From: an uncultured virus (IMG/VR IMGVR_UViG_3300044730_000954) | Taxonomy: Duplodnaviria; Heunggongvirae; Uroviricota; Caudoviricetes | IMG/VR virus record: IMGVR_UViG_3300044730_000954 | DNA length: 64,000 nt | Strand: one strand, 5' to 3' | Shown here: positions 46,933 through 57,500 of the stretch, in pieces | Numbering within the stretch: position 1 is the first letter of the stretch | Layout: the number at the start of each line of letters is the position of its first letter | Notes under the pieces: generated by a model | Told to the model about the DNA's origin: nothing | The model's database searches: none | The model's input: the letters and a program-made list of their open reading frames with translations, nothing else | Made by a program: the position numbers and the translations under genes

Positions 46933-49065
46933 TTACGCCTCTATTAGCGTTTTGTGTACCTTTACTGTTGTTGTTCCAGTTGCTGTTACTTTCAAACGAA
47001 CATTTCCGCTATCATAATCAGCATCTGTTGTACCAATTTGTGCATTACTTTGAATATCTGCATATTCAGTTAAATATACATTGTTATTTCCATCAATAGT
47101 CACTAGAACTTCTAGAACTTCAATATCATTACCATCCCGCATTTGCACAATATATTTTGCACTCTTATAGTTTGTTGCTGACCAAGAATCTACCACAGTA
47201 GCGCTTGTACCTGATAAGCTTGTGGTAGCAGTTCCTATTAAAGCATCTGTTAATATAATTGAACCTGCTGTTAACGATCCACTGCCAACTGATAAGCCAG
47301 CAAAAGTTGGGCTAGATGTTGACGCAATACTTTGTGGAAGTGACAGTGTTACTGATCCAGTAGATGTATTTGCTGAAACTTGATCAGCAGTTCCAGCAAT
47401 ACTTGTTACACCAGTATTTCCAATTGTAAGGATATTGCTTGTTGATGCATATGAAACACTAATTCCTGTAGTAGATGTTACTGCATTACCAAATCCATCT
47501 ATAGCAGTTTCAATATCTGATGTAAATGCAACGGTACCTGTAGCATCTTTAAATGTAATTGTATTATCCTGTGTTGGATCTGTAAATGTTAAAGTTGTTT
47601 CGTGAGTATCGTTAGTTCCTTCAATTACAATATTATTATCAAGAACCAATAACCCAGAAATAGAAGGTGTTGTTAAAACTGGACTTGTTAATGTTTTATT
47701 ACTTAAAGATTGAACACTATTTAGATCAGCAGTAATGCTTGTATCTATAGTAAAAATGTTGCCAGTAAGAGTAAGTCCATTACCAGCTAAATATGTTCCA
47801 GCTCCTGAAAATTGTTGCCAAACAATAGCATCTGTTCCAATTGTTACACCAGTAGATGTTTGAACCCATCCAGTATTATCATTAACTGTACCGCCAGTTA
47901 CAAATGTAAAATCTCCACCATCAACTTCTGCGGATTGATCCATATCAGTAGCACGAGTAAGAACCCAATTAGTTGAAACTGAACCAATATCTGTTACTGT
48001 ATAAATACCATTTTGTAATTGAGATGTTTGATTTTTAACAAGAACTCTATCATTTGTATTTAAGGTAATTCCATCAATAACTAGTGCAGCCTGAGTTCCA
48101 CTATTAGTTAATGTAGCTCCAACACCAGATGTTCCATTAGAATATGTTGCAGTAAGATTAGATGTTGTTGCTGTTATGCTTGAAGGGTGTATATGAAGAC
48201 CTTGTGCAACATCATCAACATATTGCTTTGTAGCAGCTTGTAAAGGTTGTGATGGATCTGCATTAAGTGTAACAGTTCCTGGAAATGTAACTGAATTTGG
48301 AAGAGAAAGAGTTACTGCTCCAGTTGAAGTGCTTGCTGTAATTTGATTTGCAGTTCCAGAAACACTTGAAACTCCTCCAGAAGCATTAAATGAAAATGTT
48401 CCAGCAGTATCGTCATAGGTTATACTAATATTTGTTTGCGTACCACCAGCAATTGCTGTTGCAATAGTATCCTGTGCTGCTTCATTAAAATCCGTTACAT
48501 TTCCAGATGTGACTGAAATTGTATTACTTGTAGAGCTAATTGTTTTGTTTGTGAGAGTCTGTGATCCCGATGTTGTTGCAACTGTAGAATCAATTGCTAT
48601 TGTTACTGCAGAAGATCCATTATAAGAAGTTCCTGAAAGACCAGTTCCAATTGTTAGTGCATTTGGAGCAGCAGCAGTTATCGTTGTAGAACCTCCAAGA
48701 GAAACAGAGTTTCCATTTATAGTTACTGAAGAATTTGTTAATTTATCATTTGCAATAGATCCTGCAAGCATTGTATTTGTAACAGTTCCAGTATCTCCAT
48801 TTGTTATTACTGTTCCAGTAATGTTTGGTAAAGTAATTGTTCTATCTGCTGTTGGATCTGTAACTGTTAAAGTTGTTTCATAAGAATCTGGTGTGGTTCC
48901 TTCAAATATAATTCCATCTCCATCAATTATTGGAGATGTTAGTGTTTTATTAGTAACTGTGCTTGTGCTTGCTTCTGTAAGAACATTTGATCCATTTACA
49001 GTAGCAGATGAGCCTTCTACTACGAGGCCATTTTTAATTCTGAAGGCTTTGTCTACTGTTGCCAT
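46933..49065 (-). CDS. Thr/Ser-rich fibre protein
   Basis: TNKTL repeats, AATKQYVD, DRVLVKNQT..QNGIY..LTRATD fibre motifs. Confidence 0.75.
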   Translation of the reverse strand: MATVDKAFRIKNGLVVEGSSATVNGSNVLTEASTSTVTNKTLTSPIIDGDGIIFEGTTPDSYETTLTVTDPTADRTITLPNITGTVITNGDTGTVTNTMLAGSIANDKLTNSSVTINGNSVSLGGSTTITAAAPNALTIGTGLSGTSYNGSSAVTIAIDSTVATTSGSQTLTNKTISSTSNTISVTSGNVTDFNEAAQDTIATAIAGGTQTNISITYDDTAGTFSFNASGGVSSVSGTANQITASTSTGAVTLSLPNSVTFPGTVTLNADPSQPLQAATKQYVDDVAQGLHIHPSSITATTSNLTATYSNGTSGVGATLTNSGTQAALVIDGITLNTNDRVLVKNQTSQLQNGIYTVTDIGSVSTNWVLTRATDMDQSAEVDGGDFTFVTGGTVNDNTGWVQTSTGVTIGTDAIVWQQFSGAGTYLAGNGLTLTGNIFTIDTSITADLNSVQSLSNKTLTSPVLTTPSISGLLVLDNNIVIEGTNDTHETTLTFTDPTQDNTITFKDATGTVAFTSDIETAIDGFGNAVTSTTGISVSYASTSNILTIGNTGVTSIAGTADQVSANTSTGSVTLSLPQSIASTSSPTFAGLSVGSGSLTAGSIILTDALIGTATTSLSGTSATVVDSWSATNYKSAKYIVQMRDGNDIEVLEVLVTIDGNNNVYLTEYADIQSNAQIGTTDADYDSGNVRLKVTATGTTTVKVHKTLIEA

Positions 49066-49085
49066 TCTTTTCTCCTTATAAGGGT

Positions 49086-49523
49086 TTAAGCCTTCAAACC
49101 AGTTCGGTAAAACCTAATGGTTATAGGGCTAAGTGTTGGTGTCACCATCATGCTAATTGTACCAGAATTTAAACTGGCAGAAATACTTCCAACATCGCTA
49201 CCCCCGCTAGCGACAGAAGCAAACTCTGTTATATTTTGATTGGTACCATCAAAAACTATATTAATTTCACTACTCCTATATGAAAAACTAGCAGAATGGG
49301 ATAATTGAACCATATATTTAATAGTTCTCCAGGTAGATGTGTCTATTGTGTCAAATACTGTAGCCGACTCTATACCGTTGATTATTACGGAGTTGTTTCC
49401 ATCTGCTCCCAAAGCGTCAGCTCTAAAAGAGGTGGTATCAATTAGGTCAGCGTAGTCTTGGCCATTTGGTTTATCGCCAGTTTCAAATTTTGATTTTAGT
49501 TGATTAATTGGAATTATGGCCAT
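49086..49523 (-). CDS. Fibre anchor/adaptor protein
   Basis: LKSKFETGDKPNGQDYADLID; C-terminal domain shared with the 710-aa fibre. Confidence 0.6.
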   Translation of the reverse strand: MAIIPINQLKSKFETGDKPNGQDYADLIDTTSFRADALGADGNNSVIINGIESATVFDTIDTSTWRTIKYMVQLSHSASFSYRSSEINIVFDGTNQNITEFASVASGGSDVGSISASLNSGTISMMVTPTLSPITIRFYRTGLKA

Positions 49524-49529
49524 ATTAAG

Positions 49530-49538
49530 ATTATATCA
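49530..49538 (-). promoter_or_regulatory. Extended -10 promoter TGATATAAT, leaderless spacing
   Basis: Its TGA is the upstream stop codon; 6 nt before ATG 49523. Confidence 0.7.
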
Positions 49539-49763
49539 TAAAATATAGTTATTAAACCCTATAATTGCAATGCCAATTGGTGGTGGGTTATTAGGGCTAT
49601 AGCCAGGAACTGTAATATTTGTTACACGAATTTTGAAAGGAATATCATAAATAACAGACACTGTATATGGATCATTATAAATAATTTGTGAAAAACGTTT
49701 TGTGCAGTCTTCTATTATTTCTGAATATCTTTTGTTTTTTTGAAGAATTGTTGCTGTAGCCAT
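49536..49763 (-). CDS. Small putative virion protein
   Basis: Coupled (TAATG); PPPIGIAIIG C-terminus. Confidence 0.6.
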   Translation of the reverse strand: MATATILQKNKRYSEIIEDCTKRFSQIIYNDPYTVSVIYDIPFKIRVTNITVPGYSPNNPPPIGIAIIGFNNYIL

Positions 49764-50140
49764 TAATCTGTAAAGTCTTCAATTATTTTTACTGTGCCCT
49801 GTAAAACTGTCCATACTATAGCATTTCCTGCTGAAGCAAGTTGAATATCAAACTCATCACTTGTTTCCAAAATTTCTGTTTCATCATGTGCAAGAAATAT
49901 AGTGAATTCACCTGGGCCATCGTCTGGATCAGATTCTGGGGTTACTTGAAGAACTATTGTTTCTGTTGATGGCCTATAAAAGTCCATGCCAATAGTCCAA
50001 TCTTCAATTACTAAAGGATTACCAGCGTCGTCTTGTACATACATCTTAAAAGATGCAGTATCTCCACGAACAATTGTCCATAATGATTGTGGTGGCTCTG
50101 AACCTATTGAAACATTTCCTTGATTTCTATATTGTGCCAT
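49763..50140 (-). CDS. BppU-like Ig-fold virion protein
   Basis: IVRGDT..FDIQL..TVLQG; start moved to the TAATG overlap at 50140. Confidence 0.55.
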   Translation of the reverse strand: MAQYRNQGNVSIGSEPPQSLWTIVRGDTASFKMYVQDDAGNPLVIEDWTIGMDFYRPSTETIVLQVTPESDPDDGPGEFTIFLAHDETEILETSDEFDIQLASAGNAIVWTVLQGTVKIIEDFTD

Positions 50141-50682
50141 TATGCTAAACCTGCCTTCAAAGATCCCCATGTGCCGTTGCCTTTAAATGCTCCAACTATT
50201 ATAATGCCATTTGCATTAGATTTTGCTACTATGCCAATAACTCCAGAATTTGTTATTTCTGTTATTGGCTGTGTAGTTGTTAAGCCTCCAGATGATCCAA
50301 CATATAGTCTACTACCAACTGAATAAGAAACTGTATTTACACCAGTGAATATTCCAGATATAACAACAATACCATCCGAAGAATTTGCCATTGCTGCTTG
50401 TGCTAACCCCAATATTGGAAATGTTGCCAAATTTGATGCTTGAGATTTTGTTATTTCTGGTTTTCCAGAAACAGAGTCAAATCCAGAAATATAAACTGGA
50501 TCTGCTTTATTTATTGTTACACCACTATTATTTGTTACTTCTATTGTATGATAAGGTAGCCCTATTGTAGGCAGTACAGACTCTAATCTTTCAGCTAAAG
50601 ACTGTATATCTGATGCAACATCTACTGGATCCGACAATACTGGATAAGGTAGATCGTATACTGGTGTTTCGCCTGATGCCAT
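50140..50682 (-). CDS. Putative virion fibre/cement-like protein
   Basis: LPYP..SD..DV..DIQSLAE N-terminus; beta-clip-like C-terminus (GSRLYVGSSGGLT). Confidence 0.55.
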   Translation of the reverse strand: MASGETPVYDLPYPVLSDPVDVASDIQSLAERLESVLPTIGLPYHTIEVTNNSGVTINKADPVYISGFDSVSGKPEITKSQASNLATFPILGLAQAAMANSSDGIVVISGIFTGVNTVSYSVGSRLYVGSSGGLTTTQPITEITNSGVIGIVAKSNANGIIIVGAFKGNGTWGSLKAGLA

Positions 50683-50691
50683 GATTCCTCT

Positions 50692-50722
50692 ATTATATCA
50701 TTAAAAGAAAGTTTGGTATAAT
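50692..50722. promoter_or_regulatory. Back-to-back extended -10 promoters (TGATATAAT minus 50692-50700; TGGTATAAT plus 50714-50722)
   Basis: Exact motifs between divergent genes. Confidence 0.75.
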
Positions 50723-50751
50723 AGAATATACCTATAAATGGAGGAATAAAT

Positions 50752-51408
50752 ATGAATAATGTTTGGATAGTAGTTCCAATCATTTCTAATAATGTAGATT
50801 TATCTGGTTTTGTAGAAAAATTTGCTGGTGGCTATACCGCCCCAGAATTCTATGAATCCGAGGTATTCAATCAAGAAACTAGAGAGATAGAAAAAAAGAG
50901 TATACCCCATCCTCATTTTGGAAAGTCTGGCCTTGATTTTTCAAATAAGATTATTTTTGTAAACACAAAGCCTAGTTATACAGAATATAACAATGTTGTA
51001 CATTTAGAAGATTTTGATGATATCAGCATATATCGTGCCTGGAATTTAGGAATTGATCATGCTGTATCCAATGGGGCAGAGTATGTTGTTTTGTTAAATG
51101 GAGTAATTGACTTTGATCCATTTGTAATTTTTGATTCATATAATGCCATAATTGAACAAGAAAAAGAACTAGTGAATATATTTGATGGTGCTGTTATGAT
51201 TTTATCTGCATCATCTTCATTAAGACCAGATAATCAGTTCCAGATTTGGTTTGGAGATAACGATTTATATCGTAGATCTGAATCAGTTTTGGGATATAGT
51301 AGATCTGACTATTTTAGATTAGATTACTTAATTGAACATAACAATGATGAAACATTTAATTCAATTGTTAAATCTGATGAATCTAAATATAATGCTAAGT
51401 GGAGCTAA
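50752..51408 (+). CDS. GT2-like glycosyltransferase (divergent)
   Basis: WIVVP, RAWNLGI..YVVLLN, WFGDNDLY; GGAGG SD. Confidence 0.65.
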   Translation: MNNVWIVVPIISNNVDLSGFVEKFAGGYTAPEFYESEVFNQETREIEKKSIPHPHFGKSGLDFSNKIIFVNTKPSYTEYNNVVHLEDFDDISIYRAWNLGIDHAVSNGAEYVVLLNGVIDFDPFVIFDSYNAIIEQEKELVNIFDGAVMILSASSSLRPDNQFQIWFGDNDLYRRSESVLGYSRSDYFRLDYLIEHNNDETFNSIVKSDESKYNAKWS

Positions 51409-52363
51409 TTTTTTCAAATAGTTCGTTCCACTCTTTTGCTCTTAATTCCCAAGAGTAGTTTTCATTATAAAAATCAGATTGTTTTTGTAGTTTATTCTGT
51501 GTTGATATAGACCAATAATTATCTATTTCTTCATTAAGTACCTTCGCATATGCTGGAATAAAAGTCTCTGGAACTGCCTGCATTGGCATTAGCCTTGCAT
51601 ATTCTGATCCAGTTTCATATAGCGCTCCTAAATTTGTAGTAACCATACGACAGCCAGCAGCTCCTGCTTCAACCATAGCCAAGCAGCATGTTTCTTCAAA
51701 TGTACTTGGATATGCAAATATATGTGCTTCTTGTAAAGCCTTTTTAATGATATCATTTGTTGCATATCCCATATAATTAACATTTTTCATGTTACGAGCT
51801 ATTTCAAAATGTTCTTCATATACCCCGTTGGTATGAGCCTCATATCCTGTTCCATACATTTTTGCAGAAGAATATATATCCAATTCAACATCATCTCTAT
51901 TTAACATTTCAAATGCTGGAAGAAGCATATCTAGTCCACGAAATGGAGCTGATGTATAAATAAGTTTTAATTTTCCATCTTTAGTTTTTGGTTTAAATTC
52001 AATTGGCTCTATTGCATTTTTTATTACATAAGCATTTTCAAGTGGAATCCTAAATACCCAACGATACTTTTCATGTTGCCAATTTGATACATATACAAAT
52101 GAATTAATAGCATTCATAAAAGATGGGTCTGTATACCCTGGCCTTAATGACTCATCACTGTGTGCCAAATGCTGCCATAATAAATTCTTTTTTGTATATT
52201 TAATGTTTTTAAAGTATGGATTAGACAATACTATATTTATATCTTCATGTTCTTTTATATTTGTATATTTATATAGGCCATGTTTTAATATTTCTGTACC
52301 ACCCATTGGTGGCATAACATCATCCTTATTTATAGAGTCTGATGTTTTTTGTAACCAATCCAT
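51395..52363 (-). CDS. GT4 (GT-B) glycosyltransferase
   Basis: GGTE, VYVSNW, IYTSAPFRGL, YPSTFEETCCLAMVEA (EX7E). Confidence 0.88.
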   Translation of the reverse strand: MDWLQKTSDSINKDDVMPPMGGTEILKHGLYKYTNIKEHEDINIVLSNPYFKNIKYTKKNLLWQHLAHSDESLRPGYTDPSFMNAINSFVYVSNWQHEKYRWVFRIPLENAYVIKNAIEPIEFKPKTKDGKLKLIYTSAPFRGLDMLLPAFEMLNRDDVELDIYSSAKMYGTGYEAHTNGVYEEHFEIARNMKNVNYMGYATNDIIKKALQEAHIFAYPSTFEETCCLAMVEAGAAGCRMVTTNLGALYETGSEYARLMPMQAVPETFIPAYAKVLNEEIDNYWSISTQNKLQKQSDFYNENYSWELRAKEWNELFEKISST

Positions 52364-52371
52364 ATTAACCC

Positions 52372-53094
52372 CTAGTTGTATGTTTTTTTCTGCCAAAACT
52401 GTTGTTTATAAGAACGAACAATTTTTGATTTTAATAAAAAACCATTTTTAAGATTTTCATTTTCATTAAACTCTACTTTTTCACTTTTCCAGTCTTCTCT
52501 TTTAAAAGGAATAACTTGACATATTGGTGTTCCTTTTTCAAGAATAAAAATATCTTTATCAATTACAGAATCAAGCAACTGAAATGGAAGTTCTACTCCA
52601 AGCTTATACATATCAGTATCAACTACTCCAGAGAATGTTCTGAATGGTAGATCGTGTCTGTTTAATGGATGAGTAAACAAAGTACTATATCCTTTTGGAG
52701 TAATAATTCTCCAGCCTGGTCTCCATTTAAGAAGACTTGGTGATCCACCAAATGGTGCTGGAATACCTGGAGCCTGATCTGGTCCATGTTGCCCTATAAA
52801 ATTAACATTTGTAGCCCAACGAACATTGATCATTCCATTATTATTTTTTCTAAACTCCATATCAAAAGGCAGTTCAAAAATATATCCAGAACTTAATGCA
52901 TCAAGAAATGGAGAACACCCCTTTAATGTAAGATTGCTAACTGCAACACCATCTTTTGATAAGCCATCAATTTTTTCATTGTCCATTCTTGTTGGCATAT
53001 CTTTATACCACTCAGGAATTACTTGAACTGCTGGTTTTGGAATTTCAAATAAAAGTTCTGATTCTTTATCAAATGGTTCAAATTGAATTTTCAT
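52372..53094 (-). CDS. dUTPase-fold-like (DUF6065-type) protein
   Basis: PEWYK..KGCSPFLDALSSGY..SGVVDTD..KGTPICQVIP. Confidence 0.55.
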   Translation of the reverse strand: MKIQFEPFDKESELLFEIPKPAVQVIPEWYKDMPTRMDNEKIDGLSKDGVAVSNLTLKGCSPFLDALSSGYIFELPFDMEFRKNNNGMINVRWATNVNFIGQHGPDQAPGIPAPFGGSPSLLKWRPGWRIITPKGYSTLFTHPLNRHDLPFRTFSGVVDTDMYKLGVELPFQLLDSVIDKDIFILEKGTPICQVIPFKREDWKSEKVEFNENENLKNGFLLKSKIVRSYKQQFWQKKTYN

Positions 53095-53798
53095 TGACTA
53101 CCCATTTCTGGATACCTTTTTTGTAATATGTCCAACCAGTATAACTTAAAAGTTTTTTGATGCGTTACCCTAATTTTAGGATCTACCCAAATATCAAAAC
53201 CACAATTAATTGCTTTTGTACACCAAGAAAGATCTTCACCTATTAATATAAATTCAGGATTTGTTTCTTTATTTTCATCAGTATTTGGAATAGGTACTGG
53301 ACCAAACCATGGTCGTGGCATCTTTTCAAATACCCCCTGTTTAACTGCTAAAAATCCAAAACCAGCACCAGCAACTTTAAAAGGTTCTTTCTTTTCAAGA
53401 AGCATTTTTTCTGGCATCATTCCACCTCGTGGTTGATTATAGATAGGAACATGACGATCTTCCATTAAATAACAGCCAGAGATAATATCTTTTTCAGAAT
53501 TATATAATCCAAAAAAATCTGCTGGTTCCCATTCTATATCAGAGTCAATCCAAATAATTTTATCGTATGTCCATTCACCACTACATGGTTCTGTCATTTT
53601 TACATTATTTGTATCCCAACCACCAATTGTAGATTCTCTTGCCATTGCAACTAGTGAGCCACCCTGATTCAAAAAGTTCCATGTAAGACCTTCTTGATTC
53701 AAAATATAGGTTGTTTTTAAAATACTTCTCATATATCCAGGAGTAAAGCTGTTTCCTGGAGTAGCTATTACTACATTAAAGTGTGGTTTATTACTCAT
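53091..53798 (-). CDS. GT-A fold glycosyltransferase
   Basis: VIATP, WIDSDI (DxD), GFGF, GEDLSWC, H near C-terminus. Confidence 0.8.
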   Translation of the reverse strand: MSNKPHFNVVIATPGNSFTPGYMRSILKTTYILNQEGLTWNFLNQGGSLVAMARESTIGGWDTNNVKMTEPCSGEWTYDKIIWIDSDIEWEPADFFGLYNSEKDIISGCYLMEDRHVPIYNQPRGGMMPEKMLLEKKEPFKVAGAGFGFLAVKQGVFEKMPRPWFGPVPIPNTDENKETNPEFILIGEDLSWCTKAINCGFDIWVDPKIRVTHQKTFKLYWLDILQKRYPEMGSQ

Positions 53799-54471
53799 AT
53801 TTTTCTAGCTTTACCCTAACTTTTTTATAATGTGAAAGTCTAATTGTTGGATCTAAATATATCTTAAATCCTGACTGCGTTGCTTTTTTGCACCAAGAAA
53901 AATCTTCTCCATACGGAATAAAAATTTCTTTTTCATTATTTTCTGATGCCATTCTTTCAAATAAAGATTCAAACCATGGTCTTTTCATATTTTCAAATAC
54001 GCCAGACTTCATTGCAATAAAACCAAATCCAGCAGCAAATATTTCTTCTTCATTATTGCTTTTAAGAATTCTGTCAATTTCTTTTGCTGCATCATTAGAT
54101 GCAACAGAAAACATAGGCGTCATTTTTTCATTAAAATATAGCCCAGATACTATATCTTTTTCTGACTTATATAATTTTATAAAATCTTCAACTTCCCAGC
54201 CAATATCGGAATCAATCCAAATAATTTTATCGTATGTTACTGCACCACGAGCGGGTACATTATTAAATGGATCTAAATATGTATCTCCCATGGCAGTTGC
54301 TTCTCTAGCAGAACTAACCATTGATGAATATTGATTTAAAAACATGTATGTAATATTATTATCATGCAGGTATGAAATAGTATTTATTAGGCTTTTTACA
54401 TACTCTGCTTCCATATTTCTACCTGGTGTAGCTATTAGTATATTAATATGTTGTTTCAATTTTTCCCCCAT
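53791..54471 (-). CDS. GT-A fold glycosyltransferase, paralog of the downstream gene
   Basis: LIATP, WIDSDI, GFGF, GEDFSWC; start moved to leaderless ATG 54471. Confidence 0.8.
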   Translation of the reverse strand: MGEKLKQHINILIATPGRNMEAEYVKSLINTISYLHDNNITYMFLNQYSSMVSSAREATAMGDTYLDPFNNVPARGAVTYDKIIWIDSDIGWEVEDFIKLYKSEKDIVSGLYFNEKMTPMFSVASNDAAKEIDRILKSNNEEEIFAAGFGFIAMKSGVFENMKRPWFESLFERMASENNEKEIFIPYGEDFSWCKKATQSGFKIYLDPTIRLSHYKKVRVKLEKYE

Positions 54472-54477
54472 ATATCT

Positions 54478-54486
54478 ATTATAGCA
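54478..54486 (-). promoter_or_regulatory. Extended -10 promoter TGCTATAAT, leaderless spacing
   Basis: 6 nt before ATG 54471. Confidence 0.7.
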
Positions 54487-54506
54487 AAGATATTTTTTTT
54501 GTAAAG

Positions 54507-57500
54507 TTATATAACTTTTACATCTTTTATAGTATCTGTTGATATTGGTAGTGATAAAGTAGTCCAAGAAGTTCCATTTGTAGATACATAAGCACCGTAT
54601 TCTGTATTTACACTTGAATATCCAGTTTGTCCTTGTATACCGCCAAATACCCAAAGATTATTTCCATATACTATTGAATTAATTGTTGATCTATAATTAG
54701 AAATACGGGTAGTCCATGAAACATTATCAGTTGATACACGTATTTGACCTAAATCTCCTACCGCTGTATAAAAACTATTTCCATAAGATACTGCTAAAAT
54801 ATTTGTAGTTGCAAAATTAGAAGTTTGAGTATTCCATGTTATAGCATCCGTTGAAGTTCTAATTTGACCTGCATCTCCTACTGCAATCCATATATTATTT
54901 ATATAAGAAACTGAGTCTATATTAGTATTTCCAAAGTTGGAGGTTTGGGTAGTCCATGTAATAGTATCTGTGGAAGTTCTAATTGGCTCATTTTGCCCAT
55001 ATGACAACCAAAGTCCACTACCATACGAAATATAATATGGTTTTGTACTTGTAAAATTAACTTGTGGGGTTGTCCATGTTATAGCATCTGTTGAACTTAT
55101 AATACTAAATTTATTAGTTGATGATTGAATTTTTCCTTCAAAACCTCCTGTTACTAACGTGTTATTTCCATACACTACTGTATTTATTTGAGAATAATTA
55201 AAGTTATTGTTTACAGTAGTCCATGTAATAGCATCTGTTGAGGTGCGAATTTGGCCTGTTGCTCCACCTGCTACCCAAAGGCTATTGCCATAGGCTATTG
55301 AGTTGATAAGTGTAGTTCCAAAGTTTGAGGTTCGGGTAGTCCATGTAATAGCGTCTGTTGAGGTGCGGAGTTGGCCTGTATCGCCAACTGCTACCCATAG
55401 ATTATTTCCGTAGGCTATTGAGTTAATTTGTGTATTTCCAAAGTTTGAGGTTCGGGTAGTCCATGTAATAGCATCTGTTGAGGTGCGGAGTTGGCCTGTA
55501 GTACCACCTGCTACCCATAGGCTGTTGTCATAGGCTATTGAGTTAATTTGTGTATTTCCAAAGTTGGAGGTTCGGGTGGTCCATGTAGTAGCATCTGTTG
55601 AGGTGCGGAGTTGGCCTGTAGTACCACCTGCTACCCATAGATTATTGCCGTAGGCTATTGAGTTAATCGCTGTAGTTCCAAAGTTGGAGGTTCGGGTGGT
55701 CCATGTAGTAGCATCTGTTGAGGTGCGGATTTGGCCTGATTGTCCACCTGCTACCCATAGGCTATTGCCGTAGGCTATTGACTGAATTGTTGTATTTCCA
55801 AAGTTGGAGGTTTGAGTGGTCCATGTAATAGTATCTGTTGAGGTGCGGATTTGGCCTGTATTGCCACCTGCTACCCATAGGCTATTGCCGTAGGCTATTG
55901 AAAATATAGTTGTATTTCCAAAGTTAGAGGTTGGCTCGTTCCATGTAGATAAATATTCTTGAGATCCAGAAGCTACCCATAAACTATTGCCATAATCTAT
56001 TGATAATATTGAATCTATTACATAATTGGATGTTCTGGTAGTCCAAGATATAGCATCTGTTGAAGTACGCAATGCACCGTTGCTTCCTCCTGCTACCCAC
56101 AAATTATTTTTATATATAGTTGATAACATATTTGAACCTACAAAATTACTTTGTCTACTTGTCCATGTTATTAAGTCTGTTGAAGTTTTTAAATTGAAAT
56201 TATTAAATGATGATCTTAGTTGTCCTATTGTATTGCCCAATATAAAGATATTATTAGCATATGCTACTGACAAAATTGATGATGAATCTAAGTTTGGTAT
56301 TCCAGTAATCCATGTAGTAGCATCTGTTGAGGTGCGGAGTTGGCCCAGTGCTCCACCTGCTACCCATAGGCTATTGCCATAGGCTATTGAGTTGATTTGT
56401 GTATTTCCAAAGTTGGAGGTTTGAGTGGTCCATGTAATAGCATCTGTTGAGGTGCGGAGTTGGCCTGTCAAGCCACCTGCTACCCATAGGCTATTGCCGT
56501 AGGCTATTGAGTTAATCGCTGTAGTTCCAAAGTTGGAGGTTCGGGTGGTCCATGTAGTAGCATCTGTTGAGGTGCGGAGTTGGCCTGAATTGCCACCTGC
56601 TACCCAAAGGCTATTGTCATAGGCTATTGAGTTGATTTGTGTAGTTCCAAAGTTGGAGGTTCGGGTGGTCCATGTAGTAGCATCTGTTGAGGTGCGGATT
56701 TGGCCTGTATTGCCACCTGCTACCCATAGGCTGTTGCCGTAGGCTATTGAGTTAATTATTGTAGTTCCAAAGTTGGAGGTTACAGTGGTCCATGTAGTAC
56801 CGTCTGTTGAGGTGCGGAGTTGGCCTAAACTACCACCTACTACAAATAAACTATTACCGTAGGCTATTGATAAAATTGCTCCAGATGTAAAGTTGGAAGT
56901 TCGGGTGATCCATGTAATAGTATCTGTTGAGGTGCGGATTTGTTGTCCAGATCCAGCTGCTACCCATAGATTATTGCCGTAGGTTATTGAGTAAATTATT
57001 GAAGTTCCAAAGTTGGAGGTTCGGGTGGTCCATGTAACGCCAGTAGATAATTCTGGGCCACTTGAAGCAAGAAAAAGTCCATTTCCATATTTTATTACAA
57101 CTGGATCTGTAGTACCAAATCCAGTACTAAAAGTAGTCCATGTAAGTGGATCTCTTTTATCTACAATCATTGCATAAGAATTGTTGTTGTATGATATATT
57201 TTTTATATTTCCTATTTGTCCAGTATTATAATATAAATTAACATCTAAGGTGGGATCATATCTATATATATACCCGTTATTTGTTGCTACAACATTATTA
57301 TCTAAAGATGTAGTAAAAGATTTTTCATTACCAGGAATATAAATAAAAGCTCCACTAGTGGATAAGTCTCTTGCTATTACAAATATTCCATTTCCATAAG
57401 CAACTGATTGATTAATTATAGAGTTATTATTTTCACGACTATACGTTGGGACTGTAATCCATGTAATACCATCTGTTGTGTATGCAATTAAATTTTTACC

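Noticed and set aside
54472..54654. 61-aa N-terminal extension of the GT-A ORF in the track
   Set aside because: Overlaps the propeller gene out of frame; the paralog lacks it and a leaderless promoter points to ATG 54471
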